Shown piece by piece: positions 1 to 11,811 of a stretch of DNA of 32,000 nucleotides. The notes under the pieces are model-generated. The model saw only the letters and a list, made by a program, of their open reading frames with translations, was not told the DNA's origin and made no database searches. Location: NCBI RefSeq assembly GCF_000009605.1, contig NC_002528.1, positions 450,001-482,000 of the forward strand, read 5' to 3'. The stretch's first letter is position 1. Each line of letters starts with the position of its first letter. Position numbers and translations under genes: made by a program. Origin of the DNA: Buchnera aphidicola str. APS (Acyrthosiphon pisum) (GTDB lineage: Bacteria; Pseudomonadota; Gammaproteobacteria; Enterobacterales; Enterobacteriaceae).

Positions 1-1
1 A

Positions 2-1210
2 GGAGAAGCATGTTTGCGCGCAAAAATAAATATGAGTTCTTCTTCTATTATTATGCGAGATCCTGTTTTATACCGAATTATTTTTATTAAGCATCATCAG
101 ACTCAAAATAAATGGTGCATATATCCTATGTATGATTTTGCTCACTGTCTTTCAGATTCTATTGAAGGCATTACTCATTCCTTGTGTACGTTAGAATTTC
201 AAGATAATAAATTCTTATATAATTGGATTTTAAAAAATACTAGTGTTAAACACTATCCTAAGCAATATGAATTTTCTCGACTTAATTTAGAATTTTCTAT
301 TTTGTCTAAAAGAAAAATAAAAATACTTATTGATAAAAACATAATAGAAGGTTGGGATGATCCTCGAATACCTACACTTTCTGCTTTAAGAAGAAAAGGA
401 TACACCCCGTCTTCTATTAAAAATTTTTGTCAAAAAATTGGCGTGACTAAACAAAATAATTTAATAGAATTTTCTATGTTAGAACATTGTATTCGAAAAG
501 AATTGAACCAGACTGCTATACGTACTATGGCCATATTAGATCCAATTAAAATATTTTTATATAATTTAGATTCAAATTATAAAGAAGAATTTATAGTCCC
601 AAATCATCCTAATAACCCTGAAATGGGCACTCATAAAATTATTTTTACTAATACTATATATATTGACCGTTCAGATTTTAAAGAAAAATATGATAAAAAA
701 TATAAAAGATTAAAACTTGGAGAAAAAATACGTCTAAGATATTCTTACATCATTCATGCTGAGAAAATAGAAAAAGATGAATATGGTAATATCTCTAATA
801 TTATATGTTATTGTGATCTTAATACTTTAGGGAGAAAACCAAAAGATAATAAAAATCCCGCGGTAATACACTGGATATCAGAAAAAAATACACTTTCAGC
901 AGAATTTAAATTATATGATCAATTATTTAATATAAAAAATCCGGAACAACAAGAAAATTTTTTATTGTATATAAATTCAAAATCATTAATTAAAAAATTT
1001 GGGTTTATAGAAAAAAAAATAGGAGAAGAAATACAAAAAAAAATCAGTAATAATAATATAGAAATATTTTTTCAATTTGAAAGAATTGGTTATTTTTGTA
1101 TAGATTTTATAGATTCTAAAAAAAATCAGTTGGTATTTAATCGTACTGTTGGATTACGTGATACATGGGATTCGAAAAAAATTAAAACAAAAAACATTAC
1201 TAATAATTAG
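2..1210 (+). CDS. glnS: Glutaminyl-tRNA synthetase, C-terminal ~400 aa (5' end lies outside the window)
   Basis: The frame is open from base 2 (GEACLRAKINM...), so the track start at 14 is an internal TTG. The product is collinear with E. coli GlnRS from ...EGEACLRAKIDM through MRDPVLYRI, HHQTxNKWCIYPMYDFxHC, THSLCTLEFQDN, YEFSRLNLE and FNRTVGLRDTW. It ends at TAG 1208-1210. Confidence 0.95.
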   Translation, partial: GEACLRAKINMSSSSIIMRDPVLYRIIFIKHHQTQNKWCIYPMYDFAHCLSDSIEGITHSLCTLEFQDNKFLYNWILKNTSVKHYPKQYEFSRLNLEFSILSKRKIKILIDKNIIEGWDDPRIPTLSALRRKGYTPSSIKNFCQKIGVTKQNNLIEFSMLEHCIRKELNQTAIRTMAILDPIKIFLYNLDSNYKEEFIVPNHPNNPEMGTHKIIFTNTIYIDRSDFKEKYDKKYKRLKLGEKIRLRYSYIIHAEKIEKDEYGNISNIICYCDLNTLGRKPKDNKNPAVIHWISEKNTLSAEFKLYDQLFNIKNPEQQENFLLYINSKSLIKKFGFIEKKIGEEIQKKISNNNIEIFFQFERIGYFCIDFIDSKKNQLVFNRTVGLRDTWDSKKIKTKNITNN

Positions 1211-1254
1211 TATCAGTATATAATATTAAAGTTATATTATAAATTAAAATATAA

Positions 1255-3021
<1,767 letters not shown>

Positions 3022-3050
3022 AAATATTTTTTAACATATTAAGGTTAAAC

Positions 3051-4355
3051 ATGTCTAAAATTACAAAAATCATAGCTCGTGAAATTATAGATTCACGAGG
3101 CAATCCTACTGTTGAATCTGAAGTTCATTTAGAAGGCGGATTTGTCGGACTAGCTTCTTCTCCTTCCGGAGCCTCTACCGGTTCTTTAGAAGCTTTAGAA
3201 TTAAGGGATGAAAATAAAGACAGATTCATGGGGAAAGGAGTGGAAAAAGCTGTTTCGTTAATAAACGAAAAAATATCTATTGCATTAAAAAATAAAAATG
3301 CTAGAAATCAAAGTGATATTGATCATATTATGATTGATTTAGACGGAACAATCAATAAATCCAAATTAGGTGCTAATGCGATTTTATCTGTATCTTTAGC
3401 TGTTGCTAAAGCAGCTGCTGCATCTAAGAGAATGCCTTTATATGCGCATATTGCAGAAATAAATGAGACTCCTGGTGTTTTTTCTATGCCATTGCCTATG
3501 ATAAATATTATTAATGGTGGAAAACATGCTAATAATAATATAGATATTCAGGAGTTTATGATTCAACCAATCAGCGCAAAAACAGTAAAAGAATCTATAC
3601 GTATAGGATGTGAAATATTTCATGCATTAGGTGAATTATTAAAAGAAAAAGGAATGAGTACAACTGTAGGAGATGAAGGAGGTTATGCACCAAACTTGAA
3701 GTCTAATGAAGAAGCATTAAATATTATTCAAGATGCAATACAAAAAACTAAATATAAATTAGGACAAGATATACGATTAGCAATAGATTGTGCTGCTTCA
3801 GAATTATATAATAAAAACGAAAAAAAATATAATCTTAAAGGAGAAAATATTAGTTTTTCTTCAAAGGAATTCACTCATTATTTAGAAAAATTATCTCAAA
3901 AATATCCGATAGTTTCAATCGAAGATGGACAAGATGAGTCAGATTGGGAAGGATTTTTATATCAAACACATGTACTAGGTAATAAAATACAGTTAGTAGG
4001 AGATGATTTATTTGTTACAAATAAAAATATTTTAAAAAAAGGTATAAAAAAAGGAATTGCAAATTCAATATTAATAAAGTTAAATCAAATTGGAACATTA
4101 ACTGAAACTCTAGAAGCAATAAAAACAGCAAAACAAGCAAACTATGGAGTAATTATTTCTCATCGTTCAGGTGAAACAGAAGACGCTTCTATAGCAGATT
4201 TATCTGTAGGAACATCATCAGGACAAATTAAAACAGGTTCTATGAGTCGTTCTGATAGAACTTCAAAGTATAATCAATTGATTAGAATTGAAGAAAATTT
4301 AGGAACAAAATACGCTCCGTTTCATGGTTTACGAGAAATTAAATCAGCATTTTAA
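3051..4355 (+). CDS. eno: Enolase
   Basis: [22 protein letters not shown]..., SHRSGETED and [17 protein letters not shown] are enolase signatures. The length of 434 aa is typical. A TAAGGT Shine-Dalgarno lies 6 nt upstream of the ATG. Confidence 0.97.
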
Positions 4356-4512
4356 TTGTACTAATAGAATGTAGTATATTTTCAAGAATCAGGTATTTTA
4401 AAAACATGCCTGTTTCTTATTCAAAAAAAAATATTTAGAAAAAAATCAAACAAAAAATAGTTTTATTTTGTTAAAAAATATAGTTTAGTATAAGTTTTAG
4501 AAATATCATAAA

Positions 4513-5517
4513 TTAAATATTTGTATTAATTTTAGGTAATATACTTAATGGATTTATTGATTCTCCCAAATAACGTATTTCAAAATAAAGTCGCGCTAGG
4601 TTAGTATCTGACGATAATCCCATCGTAGCGATTTGCTGATTTTTATAAACCCTATCTTTTTCTTTTACTAATACTGAATTATTAAAAGCATAAATACTAA
4701 GATAATTTTGATCGTGCTTAATAATAATTAATAGACCATATTTTTTAAATAAATTAGTAACGAAAACCACTTCCCCTGCAGCTGTAGAAAAAACTGGTTG
4801 TCCTTTAAAACCAATTATTTCTATTCTTTTATTTCCTAATTTATCAATATAAAAATATTTAGTGTTCTTATTTTTAACAGGCCAAGACCAGTTATTAGAA
4901 AAATTAAAAAATTTTAATTTTAAAGAATTATTATTTTTTTTTATTTTTTTTATGCAAAAAAAACATATTTTTTTAGTTTTTATATTATCTTTCAAAAATT
5001 TTTCAATATTTAATAAATTTTTAAAAACAACTTCACAAGAATTATGTTGTTTTATACTGTTTTTTTCTAAATTTAGAATAGAACAATCATTATTATTTTT
5101 ATCAATTAAAAAATCTCCCATCCATATTTTTTGACCTATAATTATTTTATAAGGTTTTTTGATAGAGTTAAATTTAGATAATTCATGATAATTATAACCA
5201 GAATTTTTAGCAATAGAATACATCGTGTCTTTTGATTTCACAATATAAAATATCTTAAATCTATTTTTTTGAAAAAAACCAATAAAATGATTATTGCCAA
5301 TAATAATTTTTTTATTTAAAAAAAAATTTTTTTTATATTTTAAAAAAGAAAAACATTCATTTTTTTTAAAAAAAATAAAATCTTTTGTATATTTTTTATC
5401 AATAAAAAAATTAGAATCATATCGATTATTAAAAAAAAATCCGAATGCAAAATTATTAAAAGAAAACGAAAAAAATATTAAAAATAATAATTTAAATAAA
5501 AAAATTTTTAATTGCAT
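4513..5517 (-). CDS. nlpD: LysM + M23-peptidase-like murein hydrolase activator NlpD homologue
   Basis: There is a LysM segment (YIVKSKDTMYSIAKNSGYNYHELSKFNSIKKPYKIIIGQKIW). The C-terminal M23-like domain is collinear with E. coli NlpD (GLLIIIKHDQNYLSIYAFN...IATMG...RLYFEIRYLGESINP). I prefer the first ATG at 5517, which has AGGGA 8 nt upstream. The track start at 5562 is a TTG. Confidence 0.85.
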   Translation of the reverse strand: MQLKIFLFKLLFLIFFSFSFNNFAFGFFFNNRYDSNFFIDKKYTKDFIFFKKNECFSFLKYKKNFFLNKKIIIGNNHFIGFFQKNRFKIFYIVKSKDTMYSIAKNSGYNYHELSKFNSIKKPYKIIIGQKIWMGDFLIDKNNNDCSILNLEKNSIKQHNSCEVVFKNLLNIEKFLKDNIKTKKICFFCIKKIKKNNNSLKLKFFNFSNNWSWPVKNKNTKYFYIDKLGNKRIEIIGFKGQPVFSTAAGEVVFVTNLFKKYGLLIIIKHDQNYLSIYAFNNSVLVKEKDRVYKNQQIATMGLSSDTNLARLYFEIRYLGESINPLSILPKINTNI

Positions 5518-5607
5518 TATATTTATCCCTTTAATTTCATTAAAAATAAATGTCTTAGACAATATTTTTTTATATATTTAAAAAATTAAAAAGAATGACT
5601 TATTTAT

Positions 5608-6093
5608 TTAAATACATTTTTTATTTTTTATTAGCATTACAATCGAGTGACAAGCGATCGCTTCTTTTCTTCCAATGCATCCTATTTTTTTGGAAGTTGT
5701 AGATTTAATACTGATATTATCTATTTCAGTATTAAGATCTAATGATAAATTTGATCGCATAAAAAATATATAAGGCAACATTTTTGGATATTCTGCAATA
5801 ATAGTAATATCAATATTACATATATCATAATTTAATAGTATGATTTTATTCCAAATTTTTTTTAATAAAATTCTACTGTCAATATTTTTGTAGATGTAAT
5901 TGTTACTTGGGAAAAAAGAACCAATATCACCCATAGCAGTCGCTCCCAATAATGCATCGATTAAAGAATGTATTAATAAATCACCATTAGAGTGAGCAAT
6001 TAAACCTTTTTCACAAGGTATTAAAACACCACCAATAATTAATGGTTTAGTGCTTCCAAAAGCATGAAGATCAAAACCATATCCAATTCTCAT
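5608..6093 (-). CDS. ispF: 2-C-methyl-D-erythritol 2,4-cyclodiphosphate synthase
   Basis: [12 protein letters not shown]... and [18 protein letters not shown]...GDIG are close to E. coli IspF. The length is 161 aa. Confidence 0.95.
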
Positions 6094-6108
6094 AAAAATA
6101 ACCTTTTT

Positions 6109-6822
6109 TTATTTATCTATAATGTGATTTTTTAAATAAAAGTTTGCAAGAACAAGATCTTCAGGCCAAGTAATTTTAATGTTTCTACAACTACCTAAAA
6201 CAAGTAATGGATTATATCCACAATATTCTAGTGCTGATGCCTCATCTGTAACGCTAATCTGATCTTTAATTATTTTTTTTAAACAATTTTTTAGTAGCTC
6301 TACCTGAAATAACTGAGGAGTCAAAGCATGCCATAGATTTTTTCTATATACTGTGTACACTGCTTTTTTTTGTTTTAAATTACTATATTTAATAGTATCA
6401 GATACAGGTCTTGCTAAAATCGCACCTACTGGATTTTTTTTAATAATAGATATTAATTTTTCTAAATCTTTATAGCTTAAACACGGACGAACTGCATCAT
6501 GAACTATAACCCAATCTACATTTTTTACTACTATTAATCCTGATAAAACTGAATTTATTCTTTTTTCACCACCCACTACAGAAATAATACGAAAATTAGA
6601 CGAAATAGATAATTTATGAAAGTAATTATCTTTTTTATTTAAGCTTACAATTATTTGAACTATATTAGGATGTAATAATAATGTTGTTAAGGTATGCTCA
6701 AGAATAGTACGATTTTGAATTTTTATATATTGTTTAGGTACATCTATCTTCATTCTACTACCTATTCCAGCAGCAGGTACGATAGCTATAATTTTTGGTT
6801 CAAATAAATTAACCAAGATCAT
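6109..6822 (-). CDS. ispD: 2-C-methyl-D-erythritol 4-phosphate cytidylyltransferase
   Basis: AIVPAAGIGSRM, VHDAVRPC, LWHALTPQ and TDEASALEY match IspD. The gene lies immediately upstream of ispF, as in Enterobacterales. Confidence 0.95.
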   Translation of the reverse strand: MILVNLFEPKIIAIVPAAGIGSRMKIDVPKQYIKIQNRTILEHTLTTLLLHPNIVQIIVSLNKKDNYFHKLSISSNFRIISVVGGEKRINSVLSGLIVVKNVDWVIVHDAVRPCLSYKDLEKLISIIKKNPVGAILARPVSDTIKYSNLKQKKAVYTVYRKNLWHALTPQLFQVELLKNCLKKIIKDQISVTDEASALEYCGYNPLLVLGSCRNIKITWPEDLVLANFYLKNHIIDK

Positions 6823-6904
6823 TTTATATCCAAAAATAAGACTAAAAAATTTTTTTAAATTTAAAAAAAAATTTTTCTTTTATTTAAAATAATTTATATA
6901 AATA

Positions 6905-7120
6905 TTATGTTTTTTTTTTATCTTTATTAATATGATTATTAAAATTTTCAATTTCTAATATTATTTGATTATTACGCATATCAAGATATTCATTATTTTT
7001 TTTTTCTATCGTAACCCTTCTATATATTTTTATAAAATCTAAAACACCATTTTTCCCAAACCAAAGAGAATATTGCAACCAAAATAACAAAGAAAGCAAA
7101 AATATTTTTAATATCTTCAT
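6905..7120 (-). CDS. ftsB: Cell division protein FtsB (short, 71 aa)
   Basis: The N-terminal TM and coiled-coil segment LLFWLQYSLWFGKNGVLDF nearly equals E. coli FtsB LVWLQYSLWFGKNGIHDY. The gene sits upstream of ispD, as in E. coli. Confidence 0.85.
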   Translation of the reverse strand: MKILKIFLLSLLFWLQYSLWFGKNGVLDFIKIYRRVTIEKKNNEYLDMRNNQIILEIENFNNHINKDKKKT

Positions 7121-7177
7121 GTATTACTCTGAAAAAATTTAATTTATATGTATAAAAATTTTTCATATCAAATATAT

Positions 7178-7798
7178 TTAATCTATGTTAATAAAAGATA
7201 TTATATTATGATTATATAAAATTTTTATTAATTTTTTTGAGTTATTTTTTAAAGAATCTGTACCCTTTAAAAGAACATCAGGTGTATTAGGAGTTTCGTA
7301 TGTACATTGTATACCAGTAAAATCAGATATTTGGCCTGTGCGGGCTTGTTTATATAATTTTTTAGGATCTCGAGATTCACAAATTTCAATAGGTGTATCA
7401 ATGAAAACTTCTAAAAAGTTTTTTTTTCCTAACATTTGACGTACCATTTCCCTTTGATTTCTATAGGGGGAAATAACTGATACCAATATTATTAGACCAG
7501 CATGTAACATCATTTTTACTACTTCTCCAATGCGTCTAATGTTTTCATTCCTATCTGCCAAACTAAAACTTAAATCAGAACATAAACCAGACCTAATATT
7601 GTCTCCGTCTAATAAATAGCTATTAATTCCATTTTTAAACAATATTTCTTCTAAAAAATTTGCTATGGTTGATTTTCCTGAACCTGAGAGCCCAGTGAAC
7701 CATAGTACAATTGATTTATGACCATTTTTTTTTTCACGTTTTAGGCGTGTAATTGAATGTTTTTGCCAAAAAATATTGTTTTGAAAATTATTGTTCAT
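7178..7798 (-). CDS. cysC: Adenylylsulfate (APS) kinase
   Basis: It has the P-loop GLSGSGKST and LDGDNIR, with family-wide collinearity. The ATG directly abuts the cysN stop (TAAATG). Confidence 0.95.
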   Translation of the reverse strand: MNNNFQNNIFWQKHSITRLKREKKNGHKSIVLWFTGLSGSGKSTIANFLEEILFKNGINSYLLDGDNIRSGLCSDLSFSLADRNENIRRIGEVVKMMLHAGLIILVSVISPYRNQREMVRQMLGKKNFLEVFIDTPIEICESRDPKKLYKQARTGQISDFTGIQCTYETPNTPDVLLKGTDSLKNNSKKLIKILYNHNIISFINID

Positions 7799-9220
7799 TT
7801 ACTTATAAACCTTTTTCATTAAAATTTTTGGTATGTTCCAATGTGGAAAATGACGAATAATTAAATCATAAAAATCTGATTCAAAATCTTTTTGTTTATT
7901 AGACGGTATTTTTCCTTTTTTGTCTAAACTATTTACAATCATTCCGGCGCCTACTGTAATGTTAGTTAAAAGATCAATAAAAATCATATTACCAGTCATT
8001 CTATTTTCACTATAATTATCAAAAATCACAGGTTTGCTAAAATATATTTTAACTCGACCAATACTATTTAAAACAAGAGAATGGCTTTTTACCTTTTTTA
8101 AGGTATTAACATCCAACTTGAATAAAATTTCTTTAATGTAAACACGTATTTTCTTACCAGACAACTTGACATTATATGATTCTCCTGCTAATAAGATATT
8201 ATCTGTCATCCAAACAATATCTATGATAGCTTCTTGGGAAGGTTGTAATATAGAATCAATATTTACAAAAAAATCACCGCGATTAATATCTATTTCATCT
8301 TTTAATACTACTGTAATTGATTCACCTATTTCGGCTTTTTTTAGTTCTTTATCAAATGTTACAATTCGAGAGACACGAGAGTTTATGTTCTCAGGTAATA
8401 TTTTAATAGTTTGTCCGACATGCATCCTACCAGACAGTAATATTCCGGAATATCCACGAAAATCTGAATTTGGACGATTGATATATTGTACTGGAAATCT
8501 CAGTTCTTCTGAACTAATACTATTTTTAATTTTTATTGTTTCTAAAAAACTTAGCAAGGTTACACCTTGATACCAAGGCATTAATTTTGTTTTAAAAACA
8601 ATATTTTCACCAAGCAACGCAGACATAGGAATAAAAATAATATTTAAATCATTGGCGAGTTTTTTAGAAAAAATTAAAAAATCTTTTTTTATATTTTCAA
8701 ATATTTCTTGTTTATAGTTAACTAGATCCATTTTATTAATGGCAACAATTAAATATTTAATTCCGAGTAAAGTAGAAATAAAGCTATGTCGGTAGGTTTG
8801 TTCTGATAATCCTTTCCTAGCGTCAACTAATAAAATAGATAAATCGCATGTAGAAGCTCCTGTCGCCATATTACGAGTATATTGTTCATGTCCAGGTGTA
8901 TCTGCAATAATAAATTTTCTTTTATTAGTAGAAAAGTAACGATAAGCTACATCAATAGTAATCCCTTGCTCACGCTCTGATTGCAGGCCATCTACTACTA
9001 GCGCAAGATCTATTTCATTACCTTGTGTACCATGACGTTTACTATCACTTTTTAAAAAAAATAATTGGTCGTCATAAATTTGTTTAGTATCATGTAATAA
9101 ACGACCAATTAACGTGCTCTTTCCATCATCTACACTACCACAGGTTAAAAATTTTAATAAAGTTTTCTTTTGTTGTAAATCTAACCATTTCTTAAAGTTA
9201 TCTTTCATATTAATGTTCAT
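7799..9220 (-). CDS. cysN: Sulfate adenylyltransferase subunit 1 (GTPase)
   Basis: The GTPase motifs GSVDDGKST, DTPGHEQY and NKMD are present. At 473 aa it compares with about 475 aa in E. coli. Confidence 0.95.
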   Translation of the reverse strand: MNINMKDNFKKWLDLQQKKTLLKFLTCGSVDDGKSTLIGRLLHDTKQIYDDQLFFLKSDSKRHGTQGNEIDLALVVDGLQSEREQGITIDVAYRYFSTNKRKFIIADTPGHEQYTRNMATGASTCDLSILLVDARKGLSEQTYRHSFISTLLGIKYLIVAINKMDLVNYKQEIFENIKKDFLIFSKKLANDLNIIFIPMSALLGENIVFKTKLMPWYQGVTLLSFLETIKIKNSISSEELRFPVQYINRPNSDFRGYSGILLSGRMHVGQTIKILPENINSRVSRIVTFDKELKKAEIGESITVVLKDEIDINRGDFFVNIDSILQPSQEAIIDIVWMTDNILLAGESYNVKLSGKKIRVYIKEILFKLDVNTLKKVKSHSLVLNSIGRVKIYFSKPVIFDNYSENRMTGNMIFIDLLTNITVGAGMIVNSLDKKGKIPSNKQKDFESDFYDLIIRHFPHWNIPKILMKKVYK

Positions 9221-9238
9221 CTTTTTAAATTTCTCTTT

Positions 9239-10147
9239 TTAAAAATAACCCTGTCTTTTTTTAAATTCCATTGAACTTTTTTGATCATAATCAATAGCAC
9301 GACCAGTTCGTTCACTTGTTTTAACAATTAATGTTTCCTTAATTATATCTTCAACATTTCTAGCTTCTGATTCAATTGCATTAGTCAAAGGCCAACATCC
9401 TAATGTACGAAACCTAACCATTTTTTCTTTTATTACTTCGTTAGACTTAATTTTCATACGACTATCATCGATCACTGTTAGCACGCCATTTCTTTCTAAT
9501 ACTGGACGCTTGGCAGCAAAATAAAGAGGAACAATTTCAATTTTTTCTAAAAAAATATATTGCCAAATATCTAATTCCGTCCAATTAGAAAGGGGAAAAA
9601 CACGGATATTTTCTCCTTTATTTATTTGACCATTATAGTTCCACCATAACTCAGGGCGCTGTTTTTTTGGATCCCATTGATGTAATGAATCACGAAAAGA
9701 ATAGATGCGTTCTTTAGAACGTGATTTTTCTTCATCTCGTCTAGCGCCACCAAAGGCTGCATCAAAATTATATTTATTTATAGCTTCTTTTAATCCTTCT
9801 GTTTTCATGATATCAGTATATTTACTCCCTCCGTTTTCAAAAGGATTTAAACCTAATAATTTCCCTTTTGAATGAGAATGCACGATTAATTCTATGTTAG
9901 AAGTACTCGCTATATGATCTCTGAAAATATACATTTCTTTAAACTTCCATCCAGTATCTATGTGCAGCAAAGGAAAAGGTATAGTTCCAGGATAAAAAGA
10001 TTTTTTTGCTAAATGTAACATAACTGAAGAATCTTTTCCGATAGAATATAACATTACAGGATTTTGAAAATCTGACATTACTTCTCTCATAATATAAATA
10101 CTTTCTGATTCTAGTTGACGCAAATGAGTAGTATTTTTTTTAAACAT
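9239..10147 (-). CDS. cysD: Sulfate adenylyltransferase subunit 2
   Basis: The 302-aa product is collinear with E. coli CysD ([41 protein letters not shown]). A GAGGGG Shine-Dalgarno lies upstream and overlaps the cysG stop. Confidence 0.95.
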
Positions 10148-10156
10148 TGTCGCCCC

Positions 10157-11578
10157 TCAAATAAATGTTAATGTAGAAAATTTATTTTTAATTTTCTTTA
10201 ATATATTTTCACTTTGAAACCATGCTAGTTTCTTATGTAAATGAACCACATCTCCAATAATCAATAAAGATGGAGTAGCAGCAAATGGAATAATTTTTTC
10301 AATTTCACCTAAACAACCTACAATAACTTTTTGATGAATAGTAGTACCTTGTACAATAATAGCTATTGGTGTTAATTTAGATCGACCAAATGTAATTAGT
10401 TTTTGAGCTATATATACAGCTTTTAATGTACCCATGTATACAACTAAAGTATATGAGGGATCAGATAGTATCGACCAATTATTTAAAAAACCATCAATAC
10501 ATTTATGTCCTGTAATAAATATAACACCTTGTGAGTATTTGCGATGTGTCAGTGGTATTCCGGTATAAGCTGCAATACCAATTGCAGAAGTAATACCTGG
10601 AACGACTTGAAAATGAATACCTGCATCTTTGGCTGCTTCTATTTCTTCACTACCACGTCCGAAAATAAAGGGATCACCACCTTTTAAACGCACTACTTTT
10701 TTTCCTTTTTGTGCGAAAAAAATTAATAATTTAATAATTTCATTCTGAGTAATATTTTTTAAACCAACTCGTTTTCCAACACATATTCGTTTTGCATCAC
10801 GACGAATCAAATCTAAAATATCTTCAGAAACTAAATAATCATATAAAACCACATCTGCTTGTTGTAAAACTTGCAGACCTCTTAAAGTTAATAAACCACT
10901 ATCTCCTGGTCCAGCACCTACTAGAATAATTTCACCTGTTAATGAAATATTCTGATTCATATTTTTTTTTAAAACATTAATCGCTTGTTCTTTATTGCCA
11001 TTAAGAATATGTTCTACAAAAATACTATGAAACAATTTTTCCCAAAATTTACGTCTTTCTAGAAAATTTGAAAAATGTTTTTTAATTGCTAATCTCCATT
11101 TACCTGCAATTTTAGCAACATCGCCTAATTTATTTGGTAAAATTGCTTCAATTTTTTCACGTAAAAGACGTAATAATACGGGAGCAGTGCCGCCTGAAGA
11201 AATTGCTACAATTAAAGGAGAACGATCGATGATAGAAGGAAAAATAAAAGAACATTTTAACTTATCATCAACTATATTTACTAATACGCAGCGCTCATTG
11301 CATTTTTTAAATATATATTGATTTAATTTTATATCATTTGTAGCTGAAACTACTAAAAATATTTTATTTAAATAAATCAAATCAAAATTTTTAGATAACC
11401 AATTTATTTTTTGATCACGTAAAAGTAACTTCACTTCTGAACATAATTCTTTAGCAATAACATTAACTTTAGCTTTAGCACGGAGTAGTATTCTAATTTT
11501 ATTTAATCCTACTTCTCCTGCACCAATAACTAAAACATTTTTAGATTTTAAATCTATGAAAATAGGAAGATAGTTCAC
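10157..11578 (-). CDS. cysG: Siroheme synthase (multifunctional: SUMT, dehydrogenase, ferrochelatase)
   Basis: The start MNYLPIFIDLK corresponds to E. coli MDHLPIFCQLR. It has an N-terminal Rossmann motif VIGAGEVG, SPLIVAISSGGTAPVLLRLLREK, and the methylase motifs VGAGPGD and RLKGGDPFIFGRG. The start codon is GTG at 11578 with TAAGG 5 nt upstream. The stop is TGA. Confidence 0.93.
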   Translation of the reverse strand: MNYLPIFIDLKSKNVLVIGAGEVGLNKIRILLRAKAKVNVIAKELCSEVKLLLRDQKINWLSKNFDLIYLNKIFLVVSATNDIKLNQYIFKKCNERCVLVNIVDDKLKCSFIFPSIIDRSPLIVAISSGGTAPVLLRLLREKIEAILPNKLGDVAKIAGKWRLAIKKHFSNFLERRKFWEKLFHSIFVEHILNGNKEQAINVLKKNMNQNISLTGEIILVGAGPGDSGLLTLRGLQVLQQADVVLYDYLVSEDILDLIRRDAKRICVGKRVGLKNITQNEIIKLLIFFAQKGKKVVRLKGGDPFIFGRGSEEIEAAKDAGIHFQVVPGITSAIGIAAYTGIPLTHRKYSQGVIFITGHKCIDGFLNNWSILSDPSYTLVVYMGTLKAVYIAQKLITFGRSKLTPIAIIVQGTTIHQKVIVGCLGEIEKIIPFAATPSLLIIGDVVHLHKKLAWFQSENILKKIKNKFSTLTFI

Positions 11579-11663
11579 AGTCGCCTTATTTTAAAAAAAA
11601 CTAAACTTATTAATAGAAAAATATTTTTTTAATAAAATTATCAATTTTACATCAGATCCTATG

Positions 11664-11811
11664 TAAGATACATTATTTAATATTTATTTAAACTTTTTAA
11701 AATATTGATATACAATATAAATATGCAAGAAATATATTATTTTAACATATCAATGTTATAAAAATGCGTTGTTAGTATCTTATATTTATCTTAAAAAAAT
11801 AGTTAAGATAC
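11664..11811. repeat. Four copies of octamer TAAGATAC / GTATCTTA in the cysH-cysG spacer
   Basis: TAAGATAC occurs at 11664-11671 and 11804-11811. The reverse complement GTATCTTA occurs at 11775-11782, and a 7/8 copy tTATCTTA at 11786-11793. TATCTTAA (11787-11794) and TTAAGATA (11803-11810) form an 8-bp stem with an 8-nt loop. The presence of the repeats is certain; their function is unknown. Confidence 0.6.

Noticed and set aside
3438-3623. 61-aa ORF antisense to eno
   Set aside because: It lies entirely inside the strongly supported eno CDS on the opposite strand. The product is low-complexity with no recognisable motifs. This is a typical shadow ORF in AT-rich DNA.
4390-4418. Weak hairpin CAGG...CCTG followed by TTTCTT after eno, considered as an intrinsic terminator
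   Set aside because: The stem is only about 4-6 bp with a mismatch and a large loop. That is too weak to call a feature, so I give no terminator annotation.
4862-5581. Two plus-strand ORFs (4862-5134, 5294-5581) antisense to nlpD
   Set aside because: Both overlap the nlpD coding region. Their translations are F/K/L/I-rich strings generated by poly-A/T runs. Neither has a Shine-Dalgarno or any family resemblance.
8166-8570. 134-aa ORF antisense to cysN
   Set aside because: It is embedded in the conserved GTPase gene cysN on the other strand and has no recognisable domain. It is a shadow ORF.
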